Shown here: piece after piece, positions 9,091-17,683 of the stretch
How the letters are laid out: the number at the start of each line of letters is the position of its first letter
Numbering within the stretch: the first letter of the stretch is position 1
Origin: Candidatus Omnitrophota bacterium
Lineage (GTDB): Bacteria > Omnitrophota > Omnitrophia > Omnitrophales > Aquincolibacteriaceae
Assembly (NCBI GenBank): GCA_903884815.1
Contig: CAISGE010000032.1
Location: 5,978-69,977, forward strand
Direction: 5' to 3'
Length of the DNA: 64,000 nucleotides
Program-made: the position numbers and the translations under genes
The notes under the pieces: generated by a model
Database searches by the model: none
What the model saw: the letters and a program-made list of their open reading frames with translations, nothing else
Told to the model about the DNA's origin: nothing

Positions 9091-10422
9091 ATGAGCCAAA
9101 GCGGCGACCTGCGGGACGAGATCCTCGAAAAGACAAGGGCGTATTATCGGGCCCTTCAGGAAGAGAAAGAAAAAAGCAAGGGCGCTTCCCCGCGCATTCC
9201 TTACGGCGGAAGGGTCCATGACGACCGGGAGATGGTCAATCTGGTCGACAGCAGTCTGGAATTCTGGCTGACCTACGGACGTTACTCCCGGCAATTTGAG
9301 AAGAAACTGGCGGAATTCCTGGGAGTGCGGCACGCGCTGCTTGTGAACTCCGGTTCTTCCGCCAATCTGCTCGCGTTCATGTCTCTCACGTCTCCGTTGC
9401 TGGGACCCCGCGCCATTCGTCGCGGCGATGAGGTGATCACGCTCGCCTGCGGTTTCCCCACGACCGTTACGCCGATCGTCCAGTATGGAGCGATCCCGGT
9501 TTTTGTGGATGTGGACCTTACGTCTTTCAATGTTGATGTGGCTCAGTTGGAAAAAGCTCTTTCGTCCAGGACGCGCGCGGTCATGATGGCGCACACATTG
9601 GGAAATCCTTTCGACGTTGCGGCGGTGAAGGCTTTTTGCGACAGGCACAAACTCTGGCTTATTGAGGATAATTGCGACGCGTTGGGAAGTCGCTACCAGG
9701 GGAAATATACCGGGACCTTTGGAGATATCGGGACGAGCAGCTTTTATCCCCCCCATCACATCACTTTGGGGGAAGGCGGCGCGGTTTACACGAACGATGC
9801 TCTTTTAAAAAAGATCATGACCTCTTTGCGGGATTGGGGGCGGGACTGCACCTGTGAGGGTGGGATGGACGATACCTGCGGGAACCGATTTTCCGGACAA
9901 TTCGGGAAGTTGCCCGAGGGGTATGACCATAAATATGTCTATAGCCATTTTGGTTATAATTTTAAAGTGACCGACATGCAGGCGGCGATCGGCTGCGCCC
10001 AGCTGGAAAAATTGCCGGATTTTATTCAAAAGAGGCGAGAGCATTTTACGAGGCTTTGGGCTGGTCTTGCTGGCATGAAGGATTTTCTTCTTTTGCCCGA
10101 GGCGACACCCGCGGGCGAACCTTCCTGGTTCGGCTTTTCGATGACCTTGAAGGAAGGTTGCTCTTGGACGCGCAATGAAATGACCCAGCATCTCGAATCC
10201 AAGAACATTCAAACGCGCAACGTTTTCGGCGGCAATCTCACAAAACATCCCGCGTTCGACACGTTGGTCCCGGGGAAGGATTACCGGATCATCGGCGACT
10301 TGAAAAATACCGACAAGATCATGCGCGACAGTTTCTGGATCGGGGTTTATCCGGGGTTGACCACGGAAGACGTCGACTATTGCATTGCCACTCTCAAGGA
10401 ATTCATCCAACGCCGTTTGTGA
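9091..10422 (+). CDS. rfbH: CDP-6-deoxy-D-xylo-4-hexulose 3-dehydrase (E1, DegT/DnrJ/EryC1 family)
   Basis: PLP/PMP aminotransferase-like fold (DSSLEFWLTYGRYS, NSGSSANLLAF) with the cysteine-rich insert CTCEGGMDDTCGNRF expected for the [2Fe-2S] E1 dehydrase; start at MSQSGDL with upstream AAGGCGAG. Confidence 0.82.
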   Translation: MSQSGDLRDEILEKTRAYYRALQEEKEKSKGASPRIPYGGRVHDDREMVNLVDSSLEFWLTYGRYSRQFEKKLAEFLGVRHALLVNSGSSANLLAFMSLTSPLLGPRAIRRGDEVITLACGFPTTVTPIVQYGAIPVFVDVDLTSFNVDVAQLEKALSSRTRAVMMAHTLGNPFDVAAVKAFCDRHKLWLIEDNCDALGSRYQGKYTGTFGDIGTSSFYPPHHITLGEGGAVYTNDALLKKIMTSLRDWGRDCTCEGGMDDTCGNRFSGQFGKLPEGYDHKYVYSHFGYNFKVTDMQAAIGCAQLEKLPDFIQKRREHFTRLWAGLAGMKDFLLLPEATPAGEPSWFGFSMTLKEGCSWTRNEMTQHLESKNIQTRNVFGGNLTKHPAFDTLVPGKDYRIIGDLKNTDKIMRDSFWIGVYPGLTTEDVDYCIATLKEFIQRRL

Positions 10423-10591
10423 CGGGTGGGAGATCCCCCCATTCTTGCGGTATTCTTGCCCTCGATCCGGTTCAAGAAACATTGCCGGGCACGGGTATTC
10501 CTTGATGGGAGTTTTCTTTTGTTGTAGTATTCGACCCTCGTTTCCCTAACACCAGGCGATGGCCATTATTCACGGAGAGAGAATCTTTATT

Positions 10592-12094
10592 ATGAGCGGA
10601 TTTAAATACCCGAAAGTCAAAGCACAGATCCCGAAAACAAAGGTGCGGTTCGACGGAAGACTTCTCATCATCGGGTGCGGCGGCGTGTCGCAATGCACCG
10701 TTCCTCTTGTCCTGCGTCACTTTGACATGCCGGCCTCCAAGATCACCATCATGGATTTTGTGGACAATCGGGCGCGCGTCAAGGACGCTCTCAAACGCGG
10801 CGTGAAATACGTTTTCGATCGTGTGACCGAGCAAAATTACAAGAAGCTTCTTGCCAAGTACGCGGGCCCCGGGGACATGATCATCGACCTCGCCTGGAAT
10901 ATCCACTGCTGGGAGATCCTCGACTGGTGTCGCTCGAACGAAGTGCTCTACGTGAATACCTCGATCGAAGAATGGGACCCCTACGGAGACGAGAAGAGGA
11001 CCGATCCCACGAAGTATACCCTTTATGCACGTCACATGATGCTCCGCAAAAAAATGGCGAAGCACTGGAAGGGCGTCAAAGGCACGACCGCGATCGTGGA
11101 CCACGGAGCCAATCCCGGTCTAGTATCCCATTTTACGAAAAAAGCGCTTATCGATATCACGCACAAGATCTTGAAGGAGAAAAGGAATGATCCCCGGCGC
11201 GCGCAGCTTGAAAAGTTCCTCGCGGAGCGCAATTTTCCGAAGTTGGCCCAGCTTACGGGTGTGAAGGTTATCCACATCAGCGAGCGTGACACCCAGATCA
11301 CCGATGTTCCGAAGAAGGTGAATGAATTCGTGAACACCTGGTCGATCGAGGGCTTCTATGAAGAAGGCGTGGCGCCGGCCGAGCTTGGATGGGGGACGCA
11401 TGAGCGTCGCCTGCCGCCCGGAGCGCATTGCCACAAGGAAGGTCCCAAGAACCAGATCTGCATGAGTTCCCTCGGTATGAACACCTGGGTGCGGTCGTGG
11501 GTGCCATGTGGTGAGATCAACGGGATGGTGATCCGCCACGGCGAGGCCTTCAGCATTTCCGACCGTCTGACCGTCTGGAAGAACGGCCAGGCGGCCTATC
11601 GCCCGACCGTTCATTACGCGTATTGTCCTTCGGATGCGGCGATCAATTCTTTGCATGAACTCCGGATGCGTCAGTACCGTATGCAGGAAAAGCAGCGCAT
11701 TCTGGCTGATGACATCACCGAAGGGCGCGACGAACTGGGCGTGCTTCTCATGGGACATGATTTCAAGTCCTGGTGGTGCGGAAGTCTTCTGGACATTCAA
11801 ACGACGCGCAAACTCGTGCCGCATCAGGAGGCGACGACGCTTCAGGTGGCGGTGTCGGTGGTGGCTGCGGCGCTCTGGATGATTCAAAATCCCCGCGAAG
11901 GATTCCTGCTCCCGGATGATATTGACCATGAATTTGTCCTGGATTTCGCGACGCCTTATATTGTTCCCTTCGTGTCCATTCCTTCCGACTGGACGCCACT
12001 GAAGAACTTGAACGGGAAATACCTGAAGTTCGGGACCGTGCCTCCCCGGGAAAAAGACATGTGGCAGTTCACGACATTCCTCATGGAGCGTTAG
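10592..12094 (+). CDS. hss: homospermidine synthase
   Basis: strong collinear similarity to bacterial HSS: IIGCGGVSQCTVPLVLRHF NAD-binding N-terminus, GANPGLVSHF, HISERDTQ, VNTWSIEGF, AELGWGTHER. Start at MSGFKYP (10592) preferred over the ORF-track 10559. Confidence 0.85.
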   Translation: MSGFKYPKVKAQIPKTKVRFDGRLLIIGCGGVSQCTVPLVLRHFDMPASKITIMDFVDNRARVKDALKRGVKYVFDRVTEQNYKKLLAKYAGPGDMIIDLAWNIHCWEILDWCRSNEVLYVNTSIEEWDPYGDEKRTDPTKYTLYARHMMLRKKMAKHWKGVKGTTAIVDHGANPGLVSHFTKKALIDITHKILKEKRNDPRRAQLEKFLAERNFPKLAQLTGVKVIHISERDTQITDVPKKVNEFVNTWSIEGFYEEGVAPAELGWGTHERRLPPGAHCHKEGPKNQICMSSLGMNTWVRSWVPCGEINGMVIRHGEAFSISDRLTVWKNGQAAYRPTVHYAYCPSDAAINSLHELRMRQYRMQEKQRILADDITEGRDELGVLLMGHDFKSWWCGSLLDIQTTRKLVPHQEATTLQVAVSVVAAALWMIQNPREGFLLPDDIDHEFVLDFATPYIVPFVSIPSDWTPLKNLNGKYLKFGTVPPREKDMWQFTTFLMER

Positions 12095-12104
12095 ACCCGA
12101 TTCG

Positions 12105-13283
12105 ATGAAAGATCCCGCCTTAAATGGCAGTCTTCAGATCCCTTCGCTAAAGCCCAAGCCGGCCGACATCTCCGGGGTGGAGAATCTCATCCGGACCATG
12201 CTGAAGAAGCACAAGACCCCCTTCATGCTGATACGCAAAAGCGTGCTTGAAAAGCAATTTACCCGCTTTACGAAGGCTTTTCCGGAAGTCACTCCCTATT
12301 ACGCGATCAAGGCCAACCCGCATCCGAAGATCGTGAAGACTTTCGCGGAGCTTGGCGCGAGCTTCGACGTGGCCAGCGCGGCGGAGATGAAATCGGTTCT
12401 GAAACATGATGTTGCCCCAAGCCGCATTATTTTCGCCAACACGATCAAATCCAAAGAGGACCTTATCACGGCCCGTCGGCGCGGCGTCAAACTCATGACG
12501 TTCGATAACGAAGCCGAGCTTTACAAAATCGCGGAGAATTTCCCGAAAGCGCATGTGATCTGCCGCATCAAGGTCGCAAACCGGGGGAGCGTGGTGCAGC
12601 TGTCGCTCAAGTTCGGCGCGGAGCCGGATCAGGCTTTTTATCTTCTCCGGAAAGCGAAGAGCCTCGGGCTTGTGCCCAAGGGCGTGAGTTTTCATGTCGG
12701 GTCACAGTCCACGAATGTGGAGAATTACCTCCAGGCGCTCGAGCTGACGGCGAATATTTTCCGGGAAGCCCGGGAGAACGACATGCCGCTTAAGATCGTG
12801 GACATCGGTGGCGGGTTCCCGATCCAGCATTTTGAAAATGAGATCGGCATCAATTTTGAACGCATGGCCGCCCAGATCCGCAAGCAGATGAAGGCGCTTT
12901 TTTCGAAGCAGACTGAATTTATCGCCGAACCGGGACGCTTCTTTGCCGGCCCCGCCGGGATCCTTGTGACGCAGGTGATCGGCCGCGCGTTCCGCGACAA
13001 TCAGAATTTCTATTATTTAAATGACGGGGTTTATCAGGATTTTTCAGGGATGGTCTTTGATCATTGCAAATATGAATTCAAAACCCTGCGGCGGGGGCCC
13101 AAGTACAAGAGCACCTTAGCCGGGCCCACTTGCGACTCTTTGGATATTCTCTCCAACGGCGAAGAACTTCCCGAGCTTTATGCCGGCGATGTGGTCTACG
13201 CCAAAAGCATCGGCGCCTATTCCTCCGCCAGCGCCGTCTCCAATTTCAACGGATTCGAGCCCGCCAAGATCATCCTCGTATAG
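12105..13283 (+). CDS. eukaryotic-type (alanine-racemase fold) ornithine/lysine decarboxylase
   Basis: YAIKANPHP and FDVASAAE motifs, HVGSQ, EPGRFF, and a C-terminal region (TLAGPTCDSLD...AGDVVY) typical of ODC/LDC/DapDC fold-type III enzymes; sits immediately after hss, consistent with putrescine supply. Confidence 0.8.
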   Translation: MKDPALNGSLQIPSLKPKPADISGVENLIRTMLKKHKTPFMLIRKSVLEKQFTRFTKAFPEVTPYYAIKANPHPKIVKTFAELGASFDVASAAEMKSVLKHDVAPSRIIFANTIKSKEDLITARRRGVKLMTFDNEAELYKIAENFPKAHVICRIKVANRGSVVQLSLKFGAEPDQAFYLLRKAKSLGLVPKGVSFHVGSQSTNVENYLQALELTANIFREARENDMPLKIVDIGGGFPIQHFENEIGINFERMAAQIRKQMKALFSKQTEFIAEPGRFFAGPAGILVTQVIGRAFRDNQNFYYLNDGVYQDFSGMVFDHCKYEFKTLRRGPKYKSTLAGPTCDSLDILSNGEELPELYAGDVVYAKSIGAYSSASAVSNFNGFEPAKIILV

Positions 13284-13406
13284 CCGGGAGCGCCAGTCGA
13301 GAACTTTTCTTTGTCCCTTAGTCCCCGCTCCCCATATTTCTTTTACGTTTCCCGGTTCTTTGATACAATACGCCCGCTGTAACTGGAATTCCCATAAGGA
13401 CTTAGT

Positions 13407-14219
13407 ATGAGACATTCGATCTCTTTTTATAAGATGGTGGCTTCGGGCAACGATTTCGTGGTGGTGGATAACCGCCGCGGGATCGTGAAGGACGCGGTCG
13501 CGTTCACCCGGAAAGTTTGCCAGCCCCACCAAGGCGTCGGTGCCGATGGCGTGCTGCTTTTTGAATCTTCGAAAAAAGCGAATTTCAGGATGCGTATTTT
13601 GAATCTGGACGGGTCGGAGGCTGCGGCCTGCGGGAACGGTTTCCGCTGTATCGCGCTTTACGCGCATGACGTTCTGAAATATTCTTCCCGCATGAATTTT
13701 GAGTCCGGCTCTGGGCTGATCGAGGCCCAGGTCGGGCAGAAGAATAGTGTGAAGGTGCAGCTTGTGAAACCACGCGTCTTTGAACTCGACGCGGTCATCG
13801 AAATTCGCAAGCACAAGCTCCATTACATGTTCCTCGATACCGGCGTGCCGCACGTGGTGATCTTCGTGAAGGATCTTGAAAAGGCCGAGGTTTTTGAAGC
13901 CGGGCGGGCGATCCGTAATCATTCGCACTTTCAGCCGTTCGGCACGAATGTGAATTTTGTGGAAGTACGTGGCAAAAAAGAGATTGCGGTGCGGACGTAT
14001 GAACGCGGCGTGGAGAATGAAACGCTCGCCTGCGGGACAGGTTCCACGGCGGCGGCGGTCGTGAGCGTTCTGAAAGGTTCTGTCGAGGCGCCGGTCAAGG
14101 TGCTGACGCGGGGCGGGGAATCGCTCCAGATCGATATGCAGATGACGGGAGCCGAGATCACCAAGGTTTTTCTGGAAGGCCAAGCCCAATTCGTTTACAA
14201 GGGGGAGTATTTGCAATGA
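13407..14219 (+). CDS. dapF: diaminopimelate epimerase
   Basis: MVASGNDFVVVDN start and both catalytic Cys regions (AACGNG, LACGTGSTA); AAGGA RBS. Confidence 0.9.
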   Translation: MRHSISFYKMVASGNDFVVVDNRRGIVKDAVAFTRKVCQPHQGVGADGVLLFESSKKANFRMRILNLDGSEAAACGNGFRCIALYAHDVLKYSSRMNFESGSGLIEAQVGQKNSVKVQLVKPRVFELDAVIEIRKHKLHYMFLDTGVPHVVIFVKDLEKAEVFEAGRAIRNHSHFQPFGTNVNFVEVRGKKEIAVRTYERGVENETLACGTGSTAAAVVSVLKGSVEAPVKVLTRGGESLQIDMQMTGAEITKVFLEGQAQFVYKGEYLQ

Positions 14220-15100
14220 GAAAAAAGAAATCCATGTTTGAAGGTTCGATGGTCGCGTTGGTCACCCCGTTCCGTAACGGGAAAGTGGATGAGAAGGCGC
14301 TCCGGGGTCTTATCGACTTCCATCTGAAAGAAGGCACGGACGTGATCATTCCCTGTGGGACGACGGGGGAGTCCGCCACGATGTCGCACACGGAGCACCG
14401 GGACACGATGACCTTCGTGGTGGAATATGTCCATCACCGGATCCCCGTCATTTGCGGCTGCGGTTCGAACAATACTACGGAAGCGCTCGAACTTGTCCGC
14501 CATGCGAAAAAGATCAAGGCGGACGGTGTGCTCGTAGTGACTCCTTACTACAACAAGCCGACGCAGGAAGGCCTTTACCGCCACTATGAATATCTCGCGA
14601 CCCGCGTGGATATCCCGATCGTTCTTTACAACGTGCCAGGACGCACCGGCGTTTCCATTGCACCTGAGACCGTGGCCCGGCTTTCCAAGATCGACACCAT
14701 TGTGGCGATCAAGGAAGCAAGCGGCAGCATGGACCAGGCGGAGCAGATCATGCAGTTGTGTGACCTGCCGGTTCTTTCGGGCGAGGACTCCCTGAACTTT
14801 CCGCTGATCGCGATCGGCGCGCGCGGCGTGATCTCGGTTGTCGCGAATATCGCCCCTCGGCTCGTGAAGGGGCTGGTGAGTGCGGCGCTTAACGGGAACA
14901 TGGATGAGGCGCGTTCGATCCATAAGATCCTCTACCCGCTTTCCAAGGCTGTTTTTATCGAAACGAATCCGATCCCCGTGAAGACCGCGCTCGGGAAAAT
15001 GGGCATGATCAAGCCGGAACTCCGGATGCCGCTTTGCGAGATGCGGCCGGAAAATGAAAAGAAATTCGTCGAAGTTCTAAAAAAACTCAGGGTTATTTAA
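14216..15100 (+). CDS. dapA: 4-hydroxy-tetrahydrodipicolinate synthase
   Basis: GSMVALVTPF, IIPCGTTGES, YNVPGRTG motifs; ATGA overlap with dapF. Confidence 0.9.
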   Translation: MRKKKSMFEGSMVALVTPFRNGKVDEKALRGLIDFHLKEGTDVIIPCGTTGESATMSHTEHRDTMTFVVEYVHHRIPVICGCGSNNTTEALELVRHAKKIKADGVLVVTPYYNKPTQEGLYRHYEYLATRVDIPIVLYNVPGRTGVSIAPETVARLSKIDTIVAIKEASGSMDQAEQIMQLCDLPVLSGEDSLNFPLIAIGARGVISVVANIAPRLVKGLVSAALNGNMDEARSIHKILYPLSKAVFIETNPIPVKTALGKMGMIKPELRMPLCEMRPENEKKFVEVLKKLRVI

Positions 15101-15140
15101 CCCTTTCAACTGCGTAGGTTGAAAAGGTCAGGGAGAGCCA

Positions 15141-15944
15141 ATGATTAAATTAGTGATGGCCGGCGCCGCGGGGCGAATGGGGAAAACGATACTTCAACTC
15201 GCGAGCCGCGACAAAACCTTTAAAATCGTAGGCGGATTGGAGCAGCGCGGCCATGCCGCTCTGGATCAGGATCTCGGACCGATCATGGGTTCTGATCTGA
15301 TGGGCGTGAAAGTCACGCAAGACGCGACAGCTACGCTTAAAGGCGCGGATGTCTTGATCGATTTTAGCCATTTTTCGGCGCTTCCGGAAAACCTCAAGGC
15401 CGCCGTCAAGACCCGGACCGCTTGCGTGATCGGCACTACGGGAATTCCGGCTGCCACGCTGCGTCAAATCCGGGTCGCTTCCCGAAAGATCCCGATCCTT
15501 CAGTCGCCCAACATGAGTGTGGGTGTGAATCTGCTCTTTACCCTGGCCGCATTAGCGGGAAAGGTGCTGGATGAGAGCTATGACCTGGAGATCATGGAGA
15601 TCCATCACCGGATGAAGAAGGACGCGCCAAGCGGTACGGCACTGAAGCTCTTGGAGATCCTCCTCGCGGCTCGCGGCCGTGATATGAGAAAGGATGTTAT
15701 TTATGGTCGCGCCGGAGAAACCGGAGCCCGTGGAAAAGGTAAGATCGGGGTGTTCGCGCTCCGTGGCGGCGATGTGGTGGGCGATCACACGGTGTCCTTT
15801 TTCGGGGACGGAGAGCGGGTCGAACTGGTCCACAAGGCCTCCTCGCGCGAAGCTTTTGCCCGCGGGGCACTTTTAGCGGCAAAATTCCTTGCGAAAAAGA
15901 AGCAAGGTCTTTATCATATGCCTCAAGTGCTGGGAATGGCTTAG
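15141..15944 (+). CDS. dapB: 4-hydroxy-tetrahydrodipicolinate reductase
   Basis: MIKLVMAGAAGRMGK N-terminus, EIHHRMKKDAPSGTA motif. Confidence 0.9.
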   Translation: MIKLVMAGAAGRMGKTILQLASRDKTFKIVGGLEQRGHAALDQDLGPIMGSDLMGVKVTQDATATLKGADVLIDFSHFSALPENLKAAVKTRTACVIGTTGIPAATLRQIRVASRKIPILQSPNMSVGVNLLFTLAALAGKVLDESYDLEIMEIHHRMKKDAPSGTALKLLEILLAARGRDMRKDVIYGRAGETGARGKGKIGVFALRGGDVVGDHTVSFFGDGERVELVHKASSREAFARGALLAAKFLAKKKQGLYHMPQVLGMA

Positions 15945-15958
15945 ACTTTTCTTCAACG

Positions 15959-15976
15959 AAGGTTTTTTAACCTTTT
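15959..15976 (+). terminator. rho-independent terminator after dapB
   Basis: aaggtt-tttt-aacctt followed by T-run. Confidence 0.5.
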
Positions 15977-16003
15977 ACAACTAAAAGAAAAATCTTATTG
16001 CCG

Positions 16004-17569
16004 ATGAAAATTAAAAGCTTTTTAATTTTTTTCATCGCGATCTTTCTGTCCGCAGCTTTTTTAGCCTTTTCCCAGGAAACTCCCCAAGCCCCTGAAGCAA
16101 AGCCCACTCCGAACCTGTTCGCTGAATATTTCTTCACTCCTTCTGCCCAAAAATTCGATAACAAGATCAGCGAAGTTCGTGGTTTCCAGGTGATCAAGGC
16201 TCATTCCCGTGAGCAGGACTCTGAATATTCCGTCGTGACCGATTTCGGCGGAGGTGTTGTGAAGTTCCGTGCTCTTCCGGGGCTCAAGGACATGAAGGCG
16301 ATTGACGGCTATATTAAGGCGAACCTCAAGACCGCCAATTATGACGGCGTGGAGATCCGCCAGCTTTCTCTTCCTGACGCAAAGGGTGGGCCGGCCAAGG
16401 ATCTTTTCTGGGTGGGAGATAAATCGTTTGCCTCACCCGAGGCCGCCACGGCTGAGATCAACTCGGTCAAATCCCGGGTCGTTTCCGGAGGCGGCGATTT
16501 CGCGAAGAACGTGCGCGAAGCCCCTGTCTATATTCCGCCTGAAGAACCGCCGCCGGTTGCGGTCAAGACTCCCGCTCAGTTCAAAAAAGAAGAAGATCTC
16601 ATTCTCCGTTTTACGGATCAGATGGGCATCGGCGAGAAAATGTACGGGGTCTTTCAAGGAGAGCCCGTCGGCACGCCGATCACCTGGCAATCCTTTGGCG
16701 CGACCGAGTGGCGTCAGACCAATCTTGCGGCGAATCACTTCGACACCCAGGTGGGATACTGGACCAACCGGTTGGTTTTCAGCGGGATCCGCTTTCCGCT
16801 GCATAACATTGATCCTTTCGTCGAAGAAACGGTTTCTCTGGCCTCCGACAACACAGATTACACGAACAATCTCCAGCTTTGGGCCGGCTTGGAATGGCGA
16901 CCCCTCGCGCGGAATCCCTGGCTTCTTAATTTCCAGCCCTTCGGGGGCATTCCCATTCTGGAGTGGATGCGCAATTATCGCTTCTATATCAAGTACGGCG
17001 ATGTTTACAACATCAAGGGTCAGGGGCAGGGCGCCAGGGACACCGATCTTATCTGGGGCATTCAGTGCTATTACGAATGGGGCACCGAGCTTCCTCCGCT
17101 CGATGAAGCGCGCCCCGTCAAATTCACGGATTATCTCCGCCAGTATGTTTGGGGGGAATACTTTGGCAATTACTACGTCTCCAAGACCGGTTTCAACAGC
17201 GAAAAAGCTTTCAATGCCTTTATCGCGAATTCTACGGTCACGGTGGGCATCAAGCTTCCCGGGATCCCTCTGCCGCATAATTACATTAATGACGAACTGG
17301 TTCTGATGCCCTACCTGCGTTTTGAGCATGTGAATAACGCGGAATACTCGTTCTGGTACCAGAACCAGTACTATATGGCCGCGGGCCTCCGGATCATGCC
17401 GTTCAGGACTTACCGTTGGAAAGAGAATGAATGGCTTTCAAAATTGGCGATCTTCGGTGAGTTTGACGGTCTCGGCGGGGCTCAGCGCGTCAAGCAGAAC
17501 GGGGAAGTCCCTGATATCCCGAACTACGACCTTCGCTTCGGCGTCAAATTCTCCAGCAGGCGGTTTTAA
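16004..17569 (+). CDS. hypothetical secreted/outer-membrane protein (signal peptide, aromatic-rich C-terminal half ending in Phe)
   Basis: MKIKSFLIFFIAIFLSAAFLAFSQE signal peptide; Y/W/G-rich alternating C-terminal half ending ...RRF suggests a beta-barrel; ATG 16004 preferred over TTG 15998. Confidence 0.55.
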   Translation: MKIKSFLIFFIAIFLSAAFLAFSQETPQAPEAKPTPNLFAEYFFTPSAQKFDNKISEVRGFQVIKAHSREQDSEYSVVTDFGGGVVKFRALPGLKDMKAIDGYIKANLKTANYDGVEIRQLSLPDAKGGPAKDLFWVGDKSFASPEAATAEINSVKSRVVSGGGDFAKNVREAPVYIPPEEPPPVAVKTPAQFKKEEDLILRFTDQMGIGEKMYGVFQGEPVGTPITWQSFGATEWRQTNLAANHFDTQVGYWTNRLVFSGIRFPLHNIDPFVEETVSLASDNTDYTNNLQLWAGLEWRPLARNPWLLNFQPFGGIPILEWMRNYRFYIKYGDVYNIKGQGQGARDTDLIWGIQCYYEWGTELPPLDEARPVKFTDYLRQYVWGEYFGNYYVSKTGFNSEKAFNAFIANSTVTVGIKLPGIPLPHNYINDELVLMPYLRFEHVNNAEYSFWYQNQYYMAAGLRIMPFRTYRWKENEWLSKLAIFGEFDGLGGAQRVKQNGEVPDIPNYDLRFGVKFSSRRF

Positions 17570-17620
17570 TTCATGGCGAGCCCCGGCATGATTAAAAAAT
17601 CCGAAAAGCAGAGCGGGTCC

Positions 17621-17683
17621 GTCATCCTGAGGCCCAAGGCCGAAGGATCTCGAGCGGGATCCTTCGCTCTGCTCAGGATGACG
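17621..17683 (+). promoter_or_regulatory. nested perfect palindromes (gtcatcctgag...ctcaggatgac outer, cgaaggatc...gatccttcg inner) overlapping the start codon of the giant OMP gene
   Basis: 11-bp and 9-bp perfect inverted repeats nested; outer right arm contains ATG 17678. Confidence 0.5.

Noticed and set aside
12105-13283. Second fold-type III decarboxylase considered as a duplicate lysA
   Set aside because: The sequence pattern (YAIKANPHP, C-terminal GPTCDS) and adjacency to homospermidine synthase fit an ornithine/lysine decarboxylase rather than DapDC; the true lysA is at 5838.
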